NCBI GenBank assembly: GCA_050084985.1
Contig: JBITNC010000001.1
Coordinates: 21,576,001-21,640,000, forward strand
Reading direction: 5' to 3'
Length of the DNA: 64,000 nt
Source of the DNA: Nageia nagi
Lineage: Eukaryota; Plantae; Pinophyta
A program made the translations under genes and the position numbers. Of this stretch, positions 51,830 through 64,000 are shown one piece after another. How positions within the stretch are numbered: position 1 is the first letter of the stretch; each line of letters opens with the position of its first letter. The notes below the pieces were generated by a model, which ran no database searches, was not told where the DNA came from, and saw only the letters and a program-made list of their open reading frames with translations.

Positions 51830-54800
51830 CTGTAATATCCCCAAAACTCACAAAATGTGATTTTATTAAAGTGTAATATTCCAAAGTTGAAATATCACTA
51901 CTTAGGAATTTATATATATATTTATATTTTTCTAACTAGCTCAATTCAAATCAAATCTACAAATTGAATAAGAAATAGAGCCAGAAATGAATTTTATTCT
52001 TCAAGAGTTGGGATGTCCCAAATGGACAAGTACAATACTCAAGGAAAAATACCTAAATGCTCAAGAAGGGGGATGTTTTCCCTCACAAGGTAGATTTGGA
52101 CGATCTAGCCTTGTAAGTTCTTCAACCTCTTATCCCCAATACTGGATGAGCCTTATCACACTAATTTAGCTAGTTTGGATCTAGGACATGCCTTCTCACA
52201 TTAATTTGGTAGGTTAGATCTAGATCTAGAATATGGTCACACTGGCTGGATCTAGATCTACCCCACTGGTTGGATCTGGATCAGGGACAAAATAGTTCCA
52301 CCACATTGGCTCGAACTATTCTAGTAACTCCACCTCACTGGCTCGAGTTACTCTAGCAACTCCACCTCACTAGCTTGAGCTACTATCCTAGCTTAGGTAG
52401 GAACTCCTCCACATTGGCTTGAGCTCTCCCACTAAGCTAGCTAAAAAGCTGCAACTCTACTAGCTACTAACCCCCAAAAAGAGATAAACTCTGATGATCT
52501 TCAAGCATGCCCCCAAATGATGCATTCCATTTCCTTTTATAACATGATCTCTCATACCTTGGAATCACCCAAAGTGCAACGTCCCTCTTCTAGTGTCTTG
52601 GGATGACAAATTAAATCATCTAGGGACCCAAGAAGCCCAACATCCCATAATGGTTTCCTAGAGATGCCAAATTACAAGATCAGTGGCTCATAAATGCAAT
52701 GTCCCATTATGAGAGACTAATATTGCATTAATTACAAATAATTGAGCCAGATTAATTAAATAAAATCCAAGGGTGAGTGCCTCAAGGGTCTCTTTAGCCT
52801 TGGTTACAAAGATAAATGCAAAATATTAATAAAATACTCCTAAATTAATTTATTTTTGGTTTCTCCTCCTTTGCCATGAACGTCACACTCCAAGAGGAGA
52901 GAAAGTGGATGTTTTACAAATTTGGGGACATTAAAAAGAAGTCCTTAGTGTCCTAGATATTATTCCATAAATAGGATTCCAACCTTTCTTGGACCTAATC
53001 TAGAATGGGATCCTCTTGTAAGTACTTAGCTTTGATAATATCAACCCATAGGGGTTTATCTTGCTTAGCTACTTTCTATCCCAATTTTCCCATCAAAGCT
53101 AGGTTCATTTTGGAGAGATTATACATATAAAATCCCCCTTTCTTTTTATGCTTACATACTTTCTCCCACACTACTAAAGCATGCTTTTCTTATTTTCAAC
53201 TCCAATCCATAGCAAGTTCCTTTGGATCTGATCTAACTTATCCCTCATAAAATATTGGTGAACTTTGGAGAACCAATTTGACCAATTGTGCTTTCCCAAC
53301 TTGGCTCAACATCACCCCCTTCCATCCAATAAGTCTTTTTGATTATATTTTAGTCATTAGATTCTAGAGAGCTTCCTTCATAGCTCCTTTTAAAAAATGT
53401 CATCCCTTAATACATGGGCAATAGCTCATCAATTTGATATTTAAAAATCTTGGTGAGCCTTAGTTGAATCTTAGCATTAGTGTTCAGAAAATATATCTTG
53501 CTCTTCTCAAAGCTGATTCTCTACCCCTAAATTAACTCATATAGGCCTAGAATATTTTTAACCACATTAGCTTGAGGGATAAAGGATCTAGATGCAATAA
53601 TAATATCTTCCATGAATAATTTAAAGTAAATGGGTTGACATGAAGTAGTAGGTTTAATTCCCTCTATCTTTATAGATTTCATAGTATACATCAAGCTTCT
53701 CCCAAGGGATTTGACCATAATAATAAAAAATAGGGTGATAAGGGGCCCCTATAATAGAGGCCCCACTTATTAGATAAGTATTCATCTACAACATCATTAA
53801 TCAACATAGATAAGGAAACCAAGGAGATGCACTCCTTCAGAAGTGAATCCAATCCTCCTTAAAGCTGAATTTCCTTAAAACATCTAACATGAAGTACCAC
53901 TCCACTCTATCATAAGCTTTTCTCATATCCAATTTTAGCAACATACCCTCCTTTCCAAATTTCATAATAGAATGAGAAACTTCATGGATAGTTATGATAC
54001 CATATAAGATTTGTCACCCAATTACAAAACCTCCTCGATGGAGGACAATAATAAAGGGGAGAATGCATTTCAGATGGTTGGCAAGTAATTTAGACATAAT
54101 CTTGTACAAAAAATTACAAATACTTATTGGCAAAAACTTACTAAAATCTTTCATTCTAAGTACTTTAAGAATAAGGGCAATAAAAGTAGAATTCACATCT
54201 TTGGGAGTACTTTGGTCACTTCGAACACCTTCATCATAGGTAATACCTCCTTGTCCATAATGTGCCACAAGTATTGGAAGAAATAACCTAAAAAAGCCAT
54301 CAAGCCCCAAGGGCTTAGTACTTCCAAGATTAAATACTAAAGCCTTAATTTCTTCCTCAAAAAAGTTATTTCTAAGGTAATCATTGTGTCTCTTACTTAT
54401 CAAATAATGGATGTGAGATATAAGCTTCATGGAATCCCTCTAGTTTGAATCTATAGTCTAGCCAAGCATATTTTTAAAAAGGTAAACACCTTACTCTAAA
54501 ATCCACTTTGAATTTTTAGAGGTTGAGCCATCATTACACATTATTTCCTTAATAGAATTATGATTGCAATATCTAAGGGTTGACACATGAAAGAACTTAG
54601 TGTTCTTATATCCTTTCTTTAACTAGAATTTTTTTTATTTTTTTTCTACATCATTTCCTCCTAGGCCAATGTATTATGCCATTAATAGAGAAGACTCTAT
54701 TATCTTGGACCTAGACCTTGACCTCACTAAGTTACTCCTAGATGTCCCTGTTTCTCTAAGCAACCCTTTGAAAAATTTTATGATTCCAGATTTTTAGTTT

Positions 54801-55589
54801 CCTCTTAATGAATTAGATCTTTTTATAAGATTGACAAAATAAGCTTACCAAGAAGGACATATCCCACCATGCTTGAATATTACCCTTTAGGTCCTCATGA
54901 TACAAGCACATTTTCTCAAATTCAAAGGAGGAATTGAAGACTCACAACTAATTAGCAATTTCCCATAGTAAAGGGTTATGATCTAAGTTAGTCTTAGGAT
55001 AAGTAATCAAAGTGGAATTTCCATATATTTTTAGGCTATATAGATAGAAATGATACCTATCTAGCTTAATATGAATGTTCTAGTTTTCCAATCTCTTATT
55101 CATGCAAGTAATGGGCTCTTGTCAACTCCACATCTATTAAGTTATTGGTATTGATGAAGGTGTAAAAATCCATCATGGTTTTATAAAAGCCCACTACCAC
55201 ATTTTTATTTTGAAAAGGAAATAAATGATACCCATAAAGGCTTCTTTCATTTACCATAAGGACTCCCATAACACTTTCTACCCCACACACATCATTAGGG
55301 AATACAAACTTATTACAATTCATTGGTCCTTACTCTTTAACATGGTAAACAAAATAACACAAAAAAGAGGTATTAGTGACCAAAGGTATACCTTCAAATT
55401 TGTTTTGTAGGCCAACCTCCCAATCTACCTCCCTCCATAATACATTCTTAAAAAAAGGAAGTCTCTCCATACTTATTTTGGTTTCTTGAAGTAATAAAAT
55501 ATAATATTTTGAATATTATTTTATGGATAACAAGATTCAATGTCTTCTTAGGGCATTAATCCCCCTCAAATTCCATGATAAAACCTTCA

Positions 55590-58116
55590 TTTCTTGATTT
55601 TAAGGGTTCCACCCCTTAGACCAAAATATCTTGAGCACCCTTTGCATTATCTTCCTTTGTAGCTTTAACTCGCATAATCCACTTTGAGAGATGATCGATA
55701 AGTTGATCTTTACCCATATTTGGTTGCATATTTCTTTCCTAAATTCTAGTTTGTCTAGTTATCCTTAAGCTATCCTTCATAGAGTTTGAGTCATCTTCCT
55801 CCTCACCCTAAAATATTTCCAATAAAGATGGATAAAGAGGAAACCTCATTTAAATTAGGGAGGATCTCCCTCAAAGCTATTGGGATTAACTTTAGAGACA
55901 CACTCACCACCTTAGCCTTGATACCTAGTTTCTTTGCAAGTTGAGATACAAGACCCTCTTCAACTTGGGTCTCAGGAAAAGTGTTGGAAGGAGCAAGCCT
56001 TAGAGCCTCCAAACATGGAATAGAGTACCTTTTGGGTTGAATTCAACCTCCCTTGAAATCCCCATCAACTTATTACCCATTTTCATGAGATCAAGAGTTC
56101 CTTGGAAAAAATATGATAATTCATTAACCAATGGATCCTATTATTGTGATATATCTTGAACCTCTCACACAAAAGGGCCATCATGGGACACAACCATCAA
56201 CTTAGACTCCAAGCTCACCACCTCCATGTAGATTCCTTCAACCTTTTTAACCTTAAAATTGGCAAAGTCATTATGCATGATGATCACCCCATGGTTAACC
56301 TTTGCAAATACTTTACCTTTGGAACCCACTCCTCTTGATGTTTAACATTTCTCATTATTTGAATCAACATTCTCCTTATACCTAAACCTTTTTGTCCAGA
56401 CCTATGAATTCAACCTTTCTTATTTCTTCATTGGGAACCAAGTGAATAAGTGGCCCTTCTATTTACATAAATCACAAATTAGGGGGAGGTTCTTATATTC
56501 AATATCCTACTTATACTCTCCTAATTTAGACATAAAATTAATGAACTTCAAAAGGATACCCATCAAGTAAACATTTACATAAATTCTTGCAGACACCATT
56601 TTAGACTTTACCCTCATGGATTTATCAATAGTTATCAATTCAACTATCTAATTCCTAATGCCTAAAAACATTTCATCATGCCATTATTGAGGGGGAATTC
56701 CTAATAATATTACCCAAACTAAAATTGAGGTGATGCTTTACTCCTTTGGATCAGAGTCCATACCTAATGCCTTAGAGACATTTATCTTTTATGAAACATC
56801 TAAGGCCCATGCCACAAAACCTTTATCATATCCTCTTCCATAGAGAGTTTGATCAATAAAAAATCATTTGAAAGGGCCATAATATCAAATATATCCAACA
56901 TGAAGGCCCATTCATGCACTATGTTAATATTTGATCAGGACCCCAAAAGTTTACCAACCAAATGAAGAGCACCTTTATCTCACATGGTCTTAATACTTTT
57001 TGGAGGAATGAATAACTTTCCATCCATCACCTCTAGATTAATCTTGTTAGCTAAAGTTTGAAGGTATAGACTCTAGATTATGTAAAATACAAATATATAC
57101 AATAAATAAAACTATCTACAATATAAGAAGAATAGATATTTATACTATATTAGATACAATAAATATACATGAAAACATGCACCTGATATGAAGTGTCTAT
57201 ACAATCCTCAAAAGTAAAGAGCAATGAATATTTGGAGGATTGGAATTGGATGCATGGTGAGTTCATAGTAGATTTTTCATGTACATGAATCAATATCTCA
57301 AGCACCAAAATTTGGAACCCTTGATCTAGAAGATACACATCACTAATGGCCTTCGAGAAGAATGCCATTAATAACATGGAATATGATGAATTATGTAATG
57401 CACTAAAGATAGAAAGTTTTAGAGCTCAAAGTATAACAATTTCTTATAATAGGTTGCATCAAGATACATCATTGCATGATGAAGATAGCAAAAGATAATC
57501 ATCTATCATGGATCTTATCATATCAAAGAGTTTTGATCTATGGAGGTTAACCTATTCCAATTGCATATATACCCTACAAAGGCATAGAAAGAAGTGAAGG
57601 CCAACCTCTAGTGATAATATAAACTTTGTTATATTCAAGATACTTTAAAATATAAACCATGATAAATGATATAGCATTTAATATAACACATGATATTGTA
57701 TTGTAATATCGACTTTATCTTAACATTTGTAATATTGCAATAAGTCATTTAGGAAGTATAAATATGATTTATTAAATATTTAATAAATCATTTTTAGGCA
57801 TATATAGAAGGACTATCCTTCATGCCAAATAAGAATAAAAGAGCTTATTTTTCTCATTCTACTCCATCGATCCAAAAATATCAGGTGGATCTTGGGGCAA
57901 ATCAAGATTATACCCTAGAACCTTTCACAATGAACAAATGTTACCTAAACTATGCTTGAATCTTGACAAAGGCATGTTACCCCCAAGACTAGGACCATCA
58001 CTAGAAGCATCCACCAAGCCATATGCCTCCACACCACCAATGCTCCCTAACACATCACCTTCCATAACCACCATGCTCTAAGCTCCCAATGTACCTAACG
58101 CTCCCACCTCACCCAT
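55590..58116 (-). pseudogene. LINE-C ORF1 (DUF4283-like domain plus zinc knuckle), interrupted by a solo LTR
   Basis: HLVGKLLG (about 56945-56965); GIGN*IVELITID...MVSARIYV (about 56575-56662); LPLICDLCK*KGH (about 56450-56490). Confidence 0.75.
57081..57905. repeat. Solo LTR (825 bp) inserted in LINE-C ORF1
   Basis: Starts TGTAAAATAC and ends GGGGCAAATCAA, flanked by the 5-bp TSD GATTA (57076-57080 and 57906-57910). Confidence 0.75.
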
Positions 58117-58124
58117 ATTAGGAA

Positions 58125-58345
58125 ATATATTGTTTATCCCTCACATGTTTTGGATTCAACTAATTTGTAGATGGTAGATTCAATGATCATTGAAGTACTT
58201 TCTATGAGATTTCTTGGTTTTAGAACTAGGAAATTGAGGAATAGGTAAATAAGGGAGTGTATGGTCTAGTGGGATCAATACTCTGAATCTTTCGCTACTT
58301 GGGAGAATGTTGATGTTATGAAAGAATAATTTCCTTATTTATTTT
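58125..58345 (+). pseudogene. Tekay-like integrase C-terminus and chromodomain
   Basis: YIVYPSHVLDS...FRTRKLRNR*IRECMV*WDQYSESFATWENVDVMKE*FPYLF. Confidence 0.88.
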
Positions 58346-58407
58346 AATTCATTTATTTTATGAATAATGTGAACATAGAGGACTGTATTATTTTTAAGGG
58401 GGAATGA

Positions 58408-60171
58408 TGTGATGATCCTCCCCTTAAGACTATTTTATGCATTTGGAACAATGTTATGATAAGCATGTTTGTGTTTGAAATATATTTATATGATCATTTG
58501 TTTGAGAGTTTTTGCATTATTATGAATAATTATTTTATATATTATTATGAATTTGAAATTGATTGGAATTTATGAGTTTACAAGAATATGTACCCAAGTA
58601 AGTGGCTCCCTTAATTGTATGTAAATTGAATATGATGATGATGCCTCATCCCATAAGGGAAGTATGAATGCATCTAGGAATTTTATTGTGTTATGTGATT
58701 AAGAGCTAGGATGTTGCCTTTTTAGCAAAAGAGCTCTATTTTTCACTTAAGCTATATGGTTGTGTGTGTGTTTTTCTTATCTTTGGTTATTTAATTTGGT
58801 CTAAAAAATATAAATAATTAGTTAATATCAAAATAAAAATGCATATTAAATTAGTTGCATTGATATCTAGATATTTAAATTATTTAATTAAGTATCTAGA
58901 ATATATGGTATTAATATTTTAGATATATAATATTTTTAAAGATTAAACTAAGTAACTAAAATGTATGTTGTATTTTATTTAATTTAAAAATTAGTTTGTT
59001 TTGTTAATATATAATACTAAACCTAAAGTAAAACTAGTTGTTCTAGTTTTTCTCTGATAAGTTTTTGGAAGAGGTTTTGCAACTGCAACCTTTATAGTTT
59101 TTCTATAACTATAAAAAAATACTTCTTTTCATGTTGCATGGTGTATATTTTTTAAAATGCTTTTGGAACTTCATACTACTAGGTTTTGGATTGAGTTTGC
59201 ATCATTGGGACAGAGAACTACAGAAGAAAATTGCTTGCAAATTTTATGTTTTCTCTATGCATGCTAGTTTTTTTATTTTCTTAAAGGAAATTTGAATGTT
59301 GCAAAATATTAGAATATATTTAGTTATGAGTATTTGTGCTTTTCAAAATAGTTTATCCTTTTTGAGTTTGAATGCATATGGATTTTATGGATATCTTGAA
59401 ACATAAAAACTCGAATATAAACATCATTTTGTATTTAGGGTTTTATTAATAATGGTTGCATTTAAATTTTAAATGAATTTAAATTCTAGGAAAAATAATT
59501 TTGAGTTGAAGCTAGGGATGATCATTTAGTTGAATTTACATTATGGATTCTTTTTATTTATTTTTTCAGAATTGCATTTTAGTTTTGGAATATAAATAAT
59601 TGGGGGTTTTCTAGGTATTTGGCTCTTGGATGAGAACCCAATAACTTGGAAGAGAATAAGCTTATGTAAAGTTTTATAGAAAAACCCTCTAAAATGTTTT
59701 ATGTTTTAATTGAAACATGTCAAAATATAATTCTATATTTCTTTTGTAAAAGCAAAATTTTTAAACTCTGTATTTTTCTTTTAAAACCATAATTTTATTA
59801 TACTATATATATATATAATATATTGGATGCATATATTGTTTCATTTTTATAAATTAAATTTAAACATATGAAAAATTGAGATCATGGGAAAAAGAATGAG
59901 ATTAGCTTGTATTGCATTGAGACACATAAACAAAAAATGTGCATTCATAATAAGTTAATAAAGGAAGTTCTTAGAATGAATTCATTTTATATTAATTACT
60001 TTGCATTATAGTTGATATGTCAATAAGATGTATTTAGAACTCATAAGAAATATTGATATGGTCCAACTAAAGTTTACATTCATGATAGACGCTCACCTTC
60101 CATTTGAAGAGAATGAAGAAGTTCAATAAATAAGCAACAAAATATACTTTATGTATTATAAAAAAAGTGAT
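58408..60171 (+). repeat. 3' LTR (first part) of the Tekay-like element, preceded by PPT AAGGGGGAATGA (58396-58407)
   Basis: Starts with TG after the PPT and is colinear with 29863-31250 until the CACTA junction. Confidence 0.88.
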
Positions 60172-63100
60172 CACTAGACCAAAATAGGGCTTTAGGGTAA
60201 GTAATTTTGAGATAGTTTTGTTGTAGCATTTTTTAACCACTACTATTTTTGAATTAAGTGGTAGTGTTGTTAAGAAAATTTTTTACCCTCCCTCATAATA
60301 TTTTTGGGGTGGTGAAAAATCACCCTTTTATGAAAATGAGAAAAAAAAAAAATAAGATACACATAGGGAGTTGGGATTTATTTCAATTTTTTAAGTAAAA
60401 GGGGTTGGAGGAGAGAGGACATTTGGTTTATAATCAAGGTAAGAGAGGAAACATGAGACTTATCAGAGCCAAGGGAAAGGGGGAGGGGTTAATAAAGGGT
60501 ATTTGGTTTTTCATACATAGAGAGAAGAGGGAAGACTAATGAAGGAAACTAAAATACCTTAACATGTGCTAGCATTATTGATTTAAATGTCATTTAAATA
60601 TTTTAACATGAGGTTCAATGATAGTGGGAGGTACTTCCAAAGATTTAAGCCCCCATCTGTGCTAGTTATCTATTGTGTTCACCCTATCCATTTGATAATT
60701 CTAGATCAAAAGCATGGAGTTTTTACTAATGGGCATTTATTATGTGATGTGTTTATCCTTTCAAAGAAATATATCAAAAGGCAATATAAAAATGGTGTTC
60801 TTTACAATGAAAGGGGACTATCAGGGCCAAACCTAGGAGATGTTATTTCTTTGGGAGCATGGTGTGGTAGTACCTCATCTCTTTTATATTGAGTTTGCAT
60901 TTCAATTTGAGGAATAGAAGGTTTACCTATTCATCATATCTAAAGTGGTAAGTCTAACTTTTTTATGCCTTTATTTCCTATTTGAAACTTGAATGTAGGG
61001 TGGGTATGTTGTAAAAGTTTAGGGTTTTGTTGTTTCTTAGTTTAGGCTAATACCATCACTAGTAAAACTGGTTAGATTTTACCTCTTTGATTGAGGGTTT
61101 ACTAAGTAATTAGCTTAAAATGGGTATAATCCTTTATTTATTTTGATCCTATCTTATTTTCCCCTTTTCCTTACAATTATGAGCCATATTGCTATAAGTA
61201 ATGGAAAGTAATATGTTATTATATTGATTATAATTATAGGATTAGACCTAACAAGTAAATCATTTATGGTAAAATTTATTTGGAATCACTTTTTGTAAAT
61301 TAAGGTCTTCAAATTTTGAGAGTCCTAGAGTAACTTTAAAGATGTTAATTTAAGGGTTGAAATCTGATGTGTGCATGGCTAACCTCATGTAAATATTTTT
61401 TATTGCATTTCTAGCATCATGAATTTCTTTCCTTTTATAGTTGAAGTAATGTAATTCAAAATTCATGAACAATAACAATATTCATGTTACATGATATATA
61501 ATTTAAGGTAATGGGCTTACTAGGATATCATCTCATGATTAGTTTTACCCCTTTTTTCTTATAGTAACCTCAAGTAGTATTTCATGCTAATACTTTTTGA
61601 AGAAAAATAATATGATGAAGATGGTAGTTTTTATTTTTCTCATAATCTTTGAAGAACATCTAAGATGGGATTTCATATTCATTTTGCTTCAATGATTGGT
61701 TTAGTGTTGCTTCATAGTTAACATTGACTGATGGCTTTATAAAAATTAATGAGATAAGAGCCTTACTAGATTATATGCATTAGATGCTTTTTTGTAAATG
61801 TTCCACAAAAATAAGAACAAGTTTATACTTGTAGATATCCTTTTTGTAAATGACACAAAAATAGGAACAAGTATAGATATTTTTATTCTTTAGTGATATA
61901 ATTTATGTTATATTTGATGTTGATGCCAATCTTTGAATCTAACATAATAATGGTGTATAATGATTCATCTGGCACTTGGAAAGTTATCGAGCATTTTGAG
62001 TTATTGAAAATTACATATTTGATGCCCTTTTGCACTTTCAAATTATAAACAACAATGACATGATTATAAGTATTGACTTGTGAGAAATCACTATGATAAG
62101 TACGATAATGATACAAACATGATTTTTAATCAATGCTATCTTTTAACAATTCTATCTACATTATCCTATTTGATATGTTATGTTGCTTACCTCCAAAGTA
62201 AGCACTATAAGATATAAAGGATGGATGTATTTTATCCTGGATAACGTATACAAAAATTATAAATTAGAAAAGTTAAGGATTGCTACATTTACATGCTCTC
62301 AAATGATATATCTCTATTATACTTCAACATTGTTCATAATATTACCACACAACCAACATGGATGCTTAAATTGTAGACTTTGCAATATGACAAGGTAATT
62401 GCAACTATATTATGTGACAAGAAATGATTTTTTCCTATACAAATAGGCATGTAATATGAAGAAAAATACTTTATACCATGTCTCCCCTCATCTCCTTTGG
62501 TATCACCATGTCTCCTTATTGATCGATATAATGTAACCTCAAGGGTTTGTTTTAGTCATGTTCTCCATTTCTCACAATAGTAGGGTACTTGAATGAGTAT
62601 AAAATAGTGGGAGAGTGTGCTTGTGTGGGATTTTTTGCTCAATCTCTATATTTTTGGCTGATTCCTATCTATGGTAAAGGTAAAAAATAACTAGAAATAG
62701 ATAAAAGATAAGAGTAACAAGAAAGAGATAAATAAACAAAATAGAAAAAGTAACTATAACTAATTATCCAAAGCATTACCACCAAGTAGCAATCCATAGC
62801 CAATATTATGAATAGCAAACTATCTTACTCTTGGGTGCTCACAATCACAACACACAACCATAATTTAAGATAATACTTTATGCATAACATTTACAAAACA
62901 TAATGAAAAACTATGAACTATGAAGGGCAAAGCATCCTTGTATTATATTATCACACATGAAAGCATTTCATACACTAGGTAAATTTGCTATAATGTTTAA
63001 CCTTTTGGACTTTTAACAATCCACTATTTATATGTTCATATTTACAATTGGATGGTTTTCCACCATTAATGCACTTAATTATTTATTAAATCAGAAAATA

Positions 63101-64000
63101 ATTAGAAACTATTTACATTGTACAAATTATAATCACAACTATGCTAAATTGCATAGTGATTAGGTACAATCAGCACCAAAGTTTAAAAATTTATTATTTT
63201 TGAATTATTGTACTTCTTTAGCTACAATCTCTCTAATCTATCATTGACTACATCTTGTTGCAATTGTAATTGGTTATCAAGGTATGGTCTTTTAGCTTGA
63301 TTGGTATGGTTTTTCTTTATGCTCTATCAATACCCATATAACTTTTTTCAACCATTTATGGTGATCTTTGTAGGTCCAAGTTGTAGGGAATTATGAGGGT
63401 AATGAAAAGTGTATCATTGAAACCCAAGGAAACATTATTATTATCATGTGGAAATGAGTCATAGTCAACACATTAATAGAGCCCTAGGGGTCAAATACTC
63501 ATGATTAAGTGGACTTAAGTGTTTCCTTCAGCTCATTATCCCTTTCTTAATATTGCAAGTTTTGTTTGCTCTAGGTAGGGTTTATTGATCTTTGATACTT
63601 TGCTTTATCACCAATTGATGTTAGTAAAAGGTATGACATCATCACTTAAAATAAATGGGCTTTGGATGATAGCCTTTTTGAAATATCTCCTGCTGATTGC
63701 CAATTGTATTGTACCCACTAATGAATTATCTCAACAATTGGTAATTTCTAATAAAGCATGGGACATCATCACTCAAAATCAACAAGCTATAGAGGATAGT
63801 TATCTAAAATATCTCCCACTAATTTTGGGCATACAATATAATTCTTTCTTTGAAAATCCATAGGCTTTAAGATATTAGCTGTTAGTAACTTTGACTCTAT
63901 TGTTACTAATATTTACAATATTTCCTAGAAAGACTTAGACTTTTACAATACCTAGATCTTGACTCAAACATTTACTTCCCTTACATATTACACCATTTTC
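60172..64000 (+). mobile_element. CACTA/EnSpm element inserted in the Tekay 3' LTR (left end; extends beyond the window and may contain further nested material from about 62440)
   Basis: LTR-to-LTR homology stops exactly at AAAGTGAT|CACTAGACCAAAAT. Subterminal AACCAC/GGGTGGT/ACCCT motifs continue to about 60330. I could not read a convincing transposase. Confidence 0.65.

Larger units (their letters stand above)
47216..52935 (-). mobile_element. Ty3/gypsy chromovirus (resembles conifer IFG-type) lacking the gag capsid region
   Basis: LTRs at 47216-48314 and 51831-52935 (about 1.1 kb, the most similar LTR pair in the window). TSD AAGGA/AAGAA. PBS TGGTATCAGAGC at 51818-51829 (minus strand). 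Pol motifs are present. Confidence 0.92.
45850..55590 (-). pseudogene. LINE-C ORF2 (endonuclease, RT, zf-RVT, RNase H), interrupted by the element at 47216-52935
   Basis: MKVLSWNLRGINA at 55590; KPLGLDGFF; LKLDMRKAYDRVEW (about 53900-53940); QVDHLLVSYEYTKQV (about 46730-46772); RNase H *NPPPMG*LMLNFDGA (about 46325-46370) and REAN..TNHLANEV (about 45965-46007). Confidence 0.88.
43977..58117 (-). mobile_element. LINE-C: L1-clade LINE with RNase H and an extra ORF3, inserted in the Tekay integrase
   Basis: 7-bp TSD TTAGGAA (43970-43976 and 58118-58124) and a T-rich tail at 43977-43990. Removing the element restores the host frame SLLRKYIVYPSHVLD. About 7.6 kb after the nested elements are removed. 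Confidence 0.9.
29863..60171 (+). mobile_element. Tekay/Del-like Ty3/gypsy chromovirus with long LTRs, split by nested insertions; its 3' LTR is interrupted by a CACTA at 60172
   Basis: 29863-31250 is a diverged direct repeat of 58408-60171. PBS at 33693. Gag-PR-RT at 33790-35944, RT-RH-IN at 41926-43976, chromodomain at 58125-58345, PPT at 58396-58407. Confidence 0.85.

Noticed and set aside
58260-58300. tRNA-Gln-like ATGGTCTAGTGG...CTCTGAATC
   Set aside because: It lies in frame within the chromodomain (MV*WDQYSES) and has no T-arm or acceptor stem.
60587-62398. CACTA transposase exons (ORFs at 60587 and 62180, WMY motif)
   Set aside because: No Transposase_21 or CPC-type motifs are readable, so I cannot support the call.
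62440-64000. Further nested LTR-retrotransposon fragment
   Set aside because: The composition suggests one, but I could not fix any terminus, TSD or diagnostic motif within the window.

Overview
AT-rich eukaryotic nuclear DNA that is strongly depleted in CpG and CHG. It is very probably from a large plant genome; the element types suggest a gymnosperm, which is an inference. About 90% of the window is decayed, nested transposons. These are: the 3' end of a Tat/Ogre-like LTR element (1-4975); three L1-type LINEs (A 5455-12577, B 17870-27773 interrupted, C 43977-58117 interrupted); a non-autonomous copia-derived element carrying two hairpin arrays (22698-27694); a Tekay-like chromovirus (29863 to beyond 60171); and two CACTA left ends. 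The Tekay-like element hosts a Reina-like element, LINE-C and one of the CACTAs, and LINE-C in turn hosts a gag-less chromovirus and a solo LTR. The only host-gene relics lie at about 12.6-16.3 kb: a tRNA-Gln-like relic, a 2-oxoglutarate dioxygenase pseudogene missing its middle exons, and two orphan 3' exons of pinin. I found no intact protein-coding gene. The main finding is that two divergent, TSD-bounded LINEs (one with RNase H, one without) both carry a homologous third ORF downstream of ORF2, colinear without gaps over about 125 codons; canonical L1 elements have only two sense ORFs. All translations and alignments were done by eye, and family names come from remembered motifs, not from searches.
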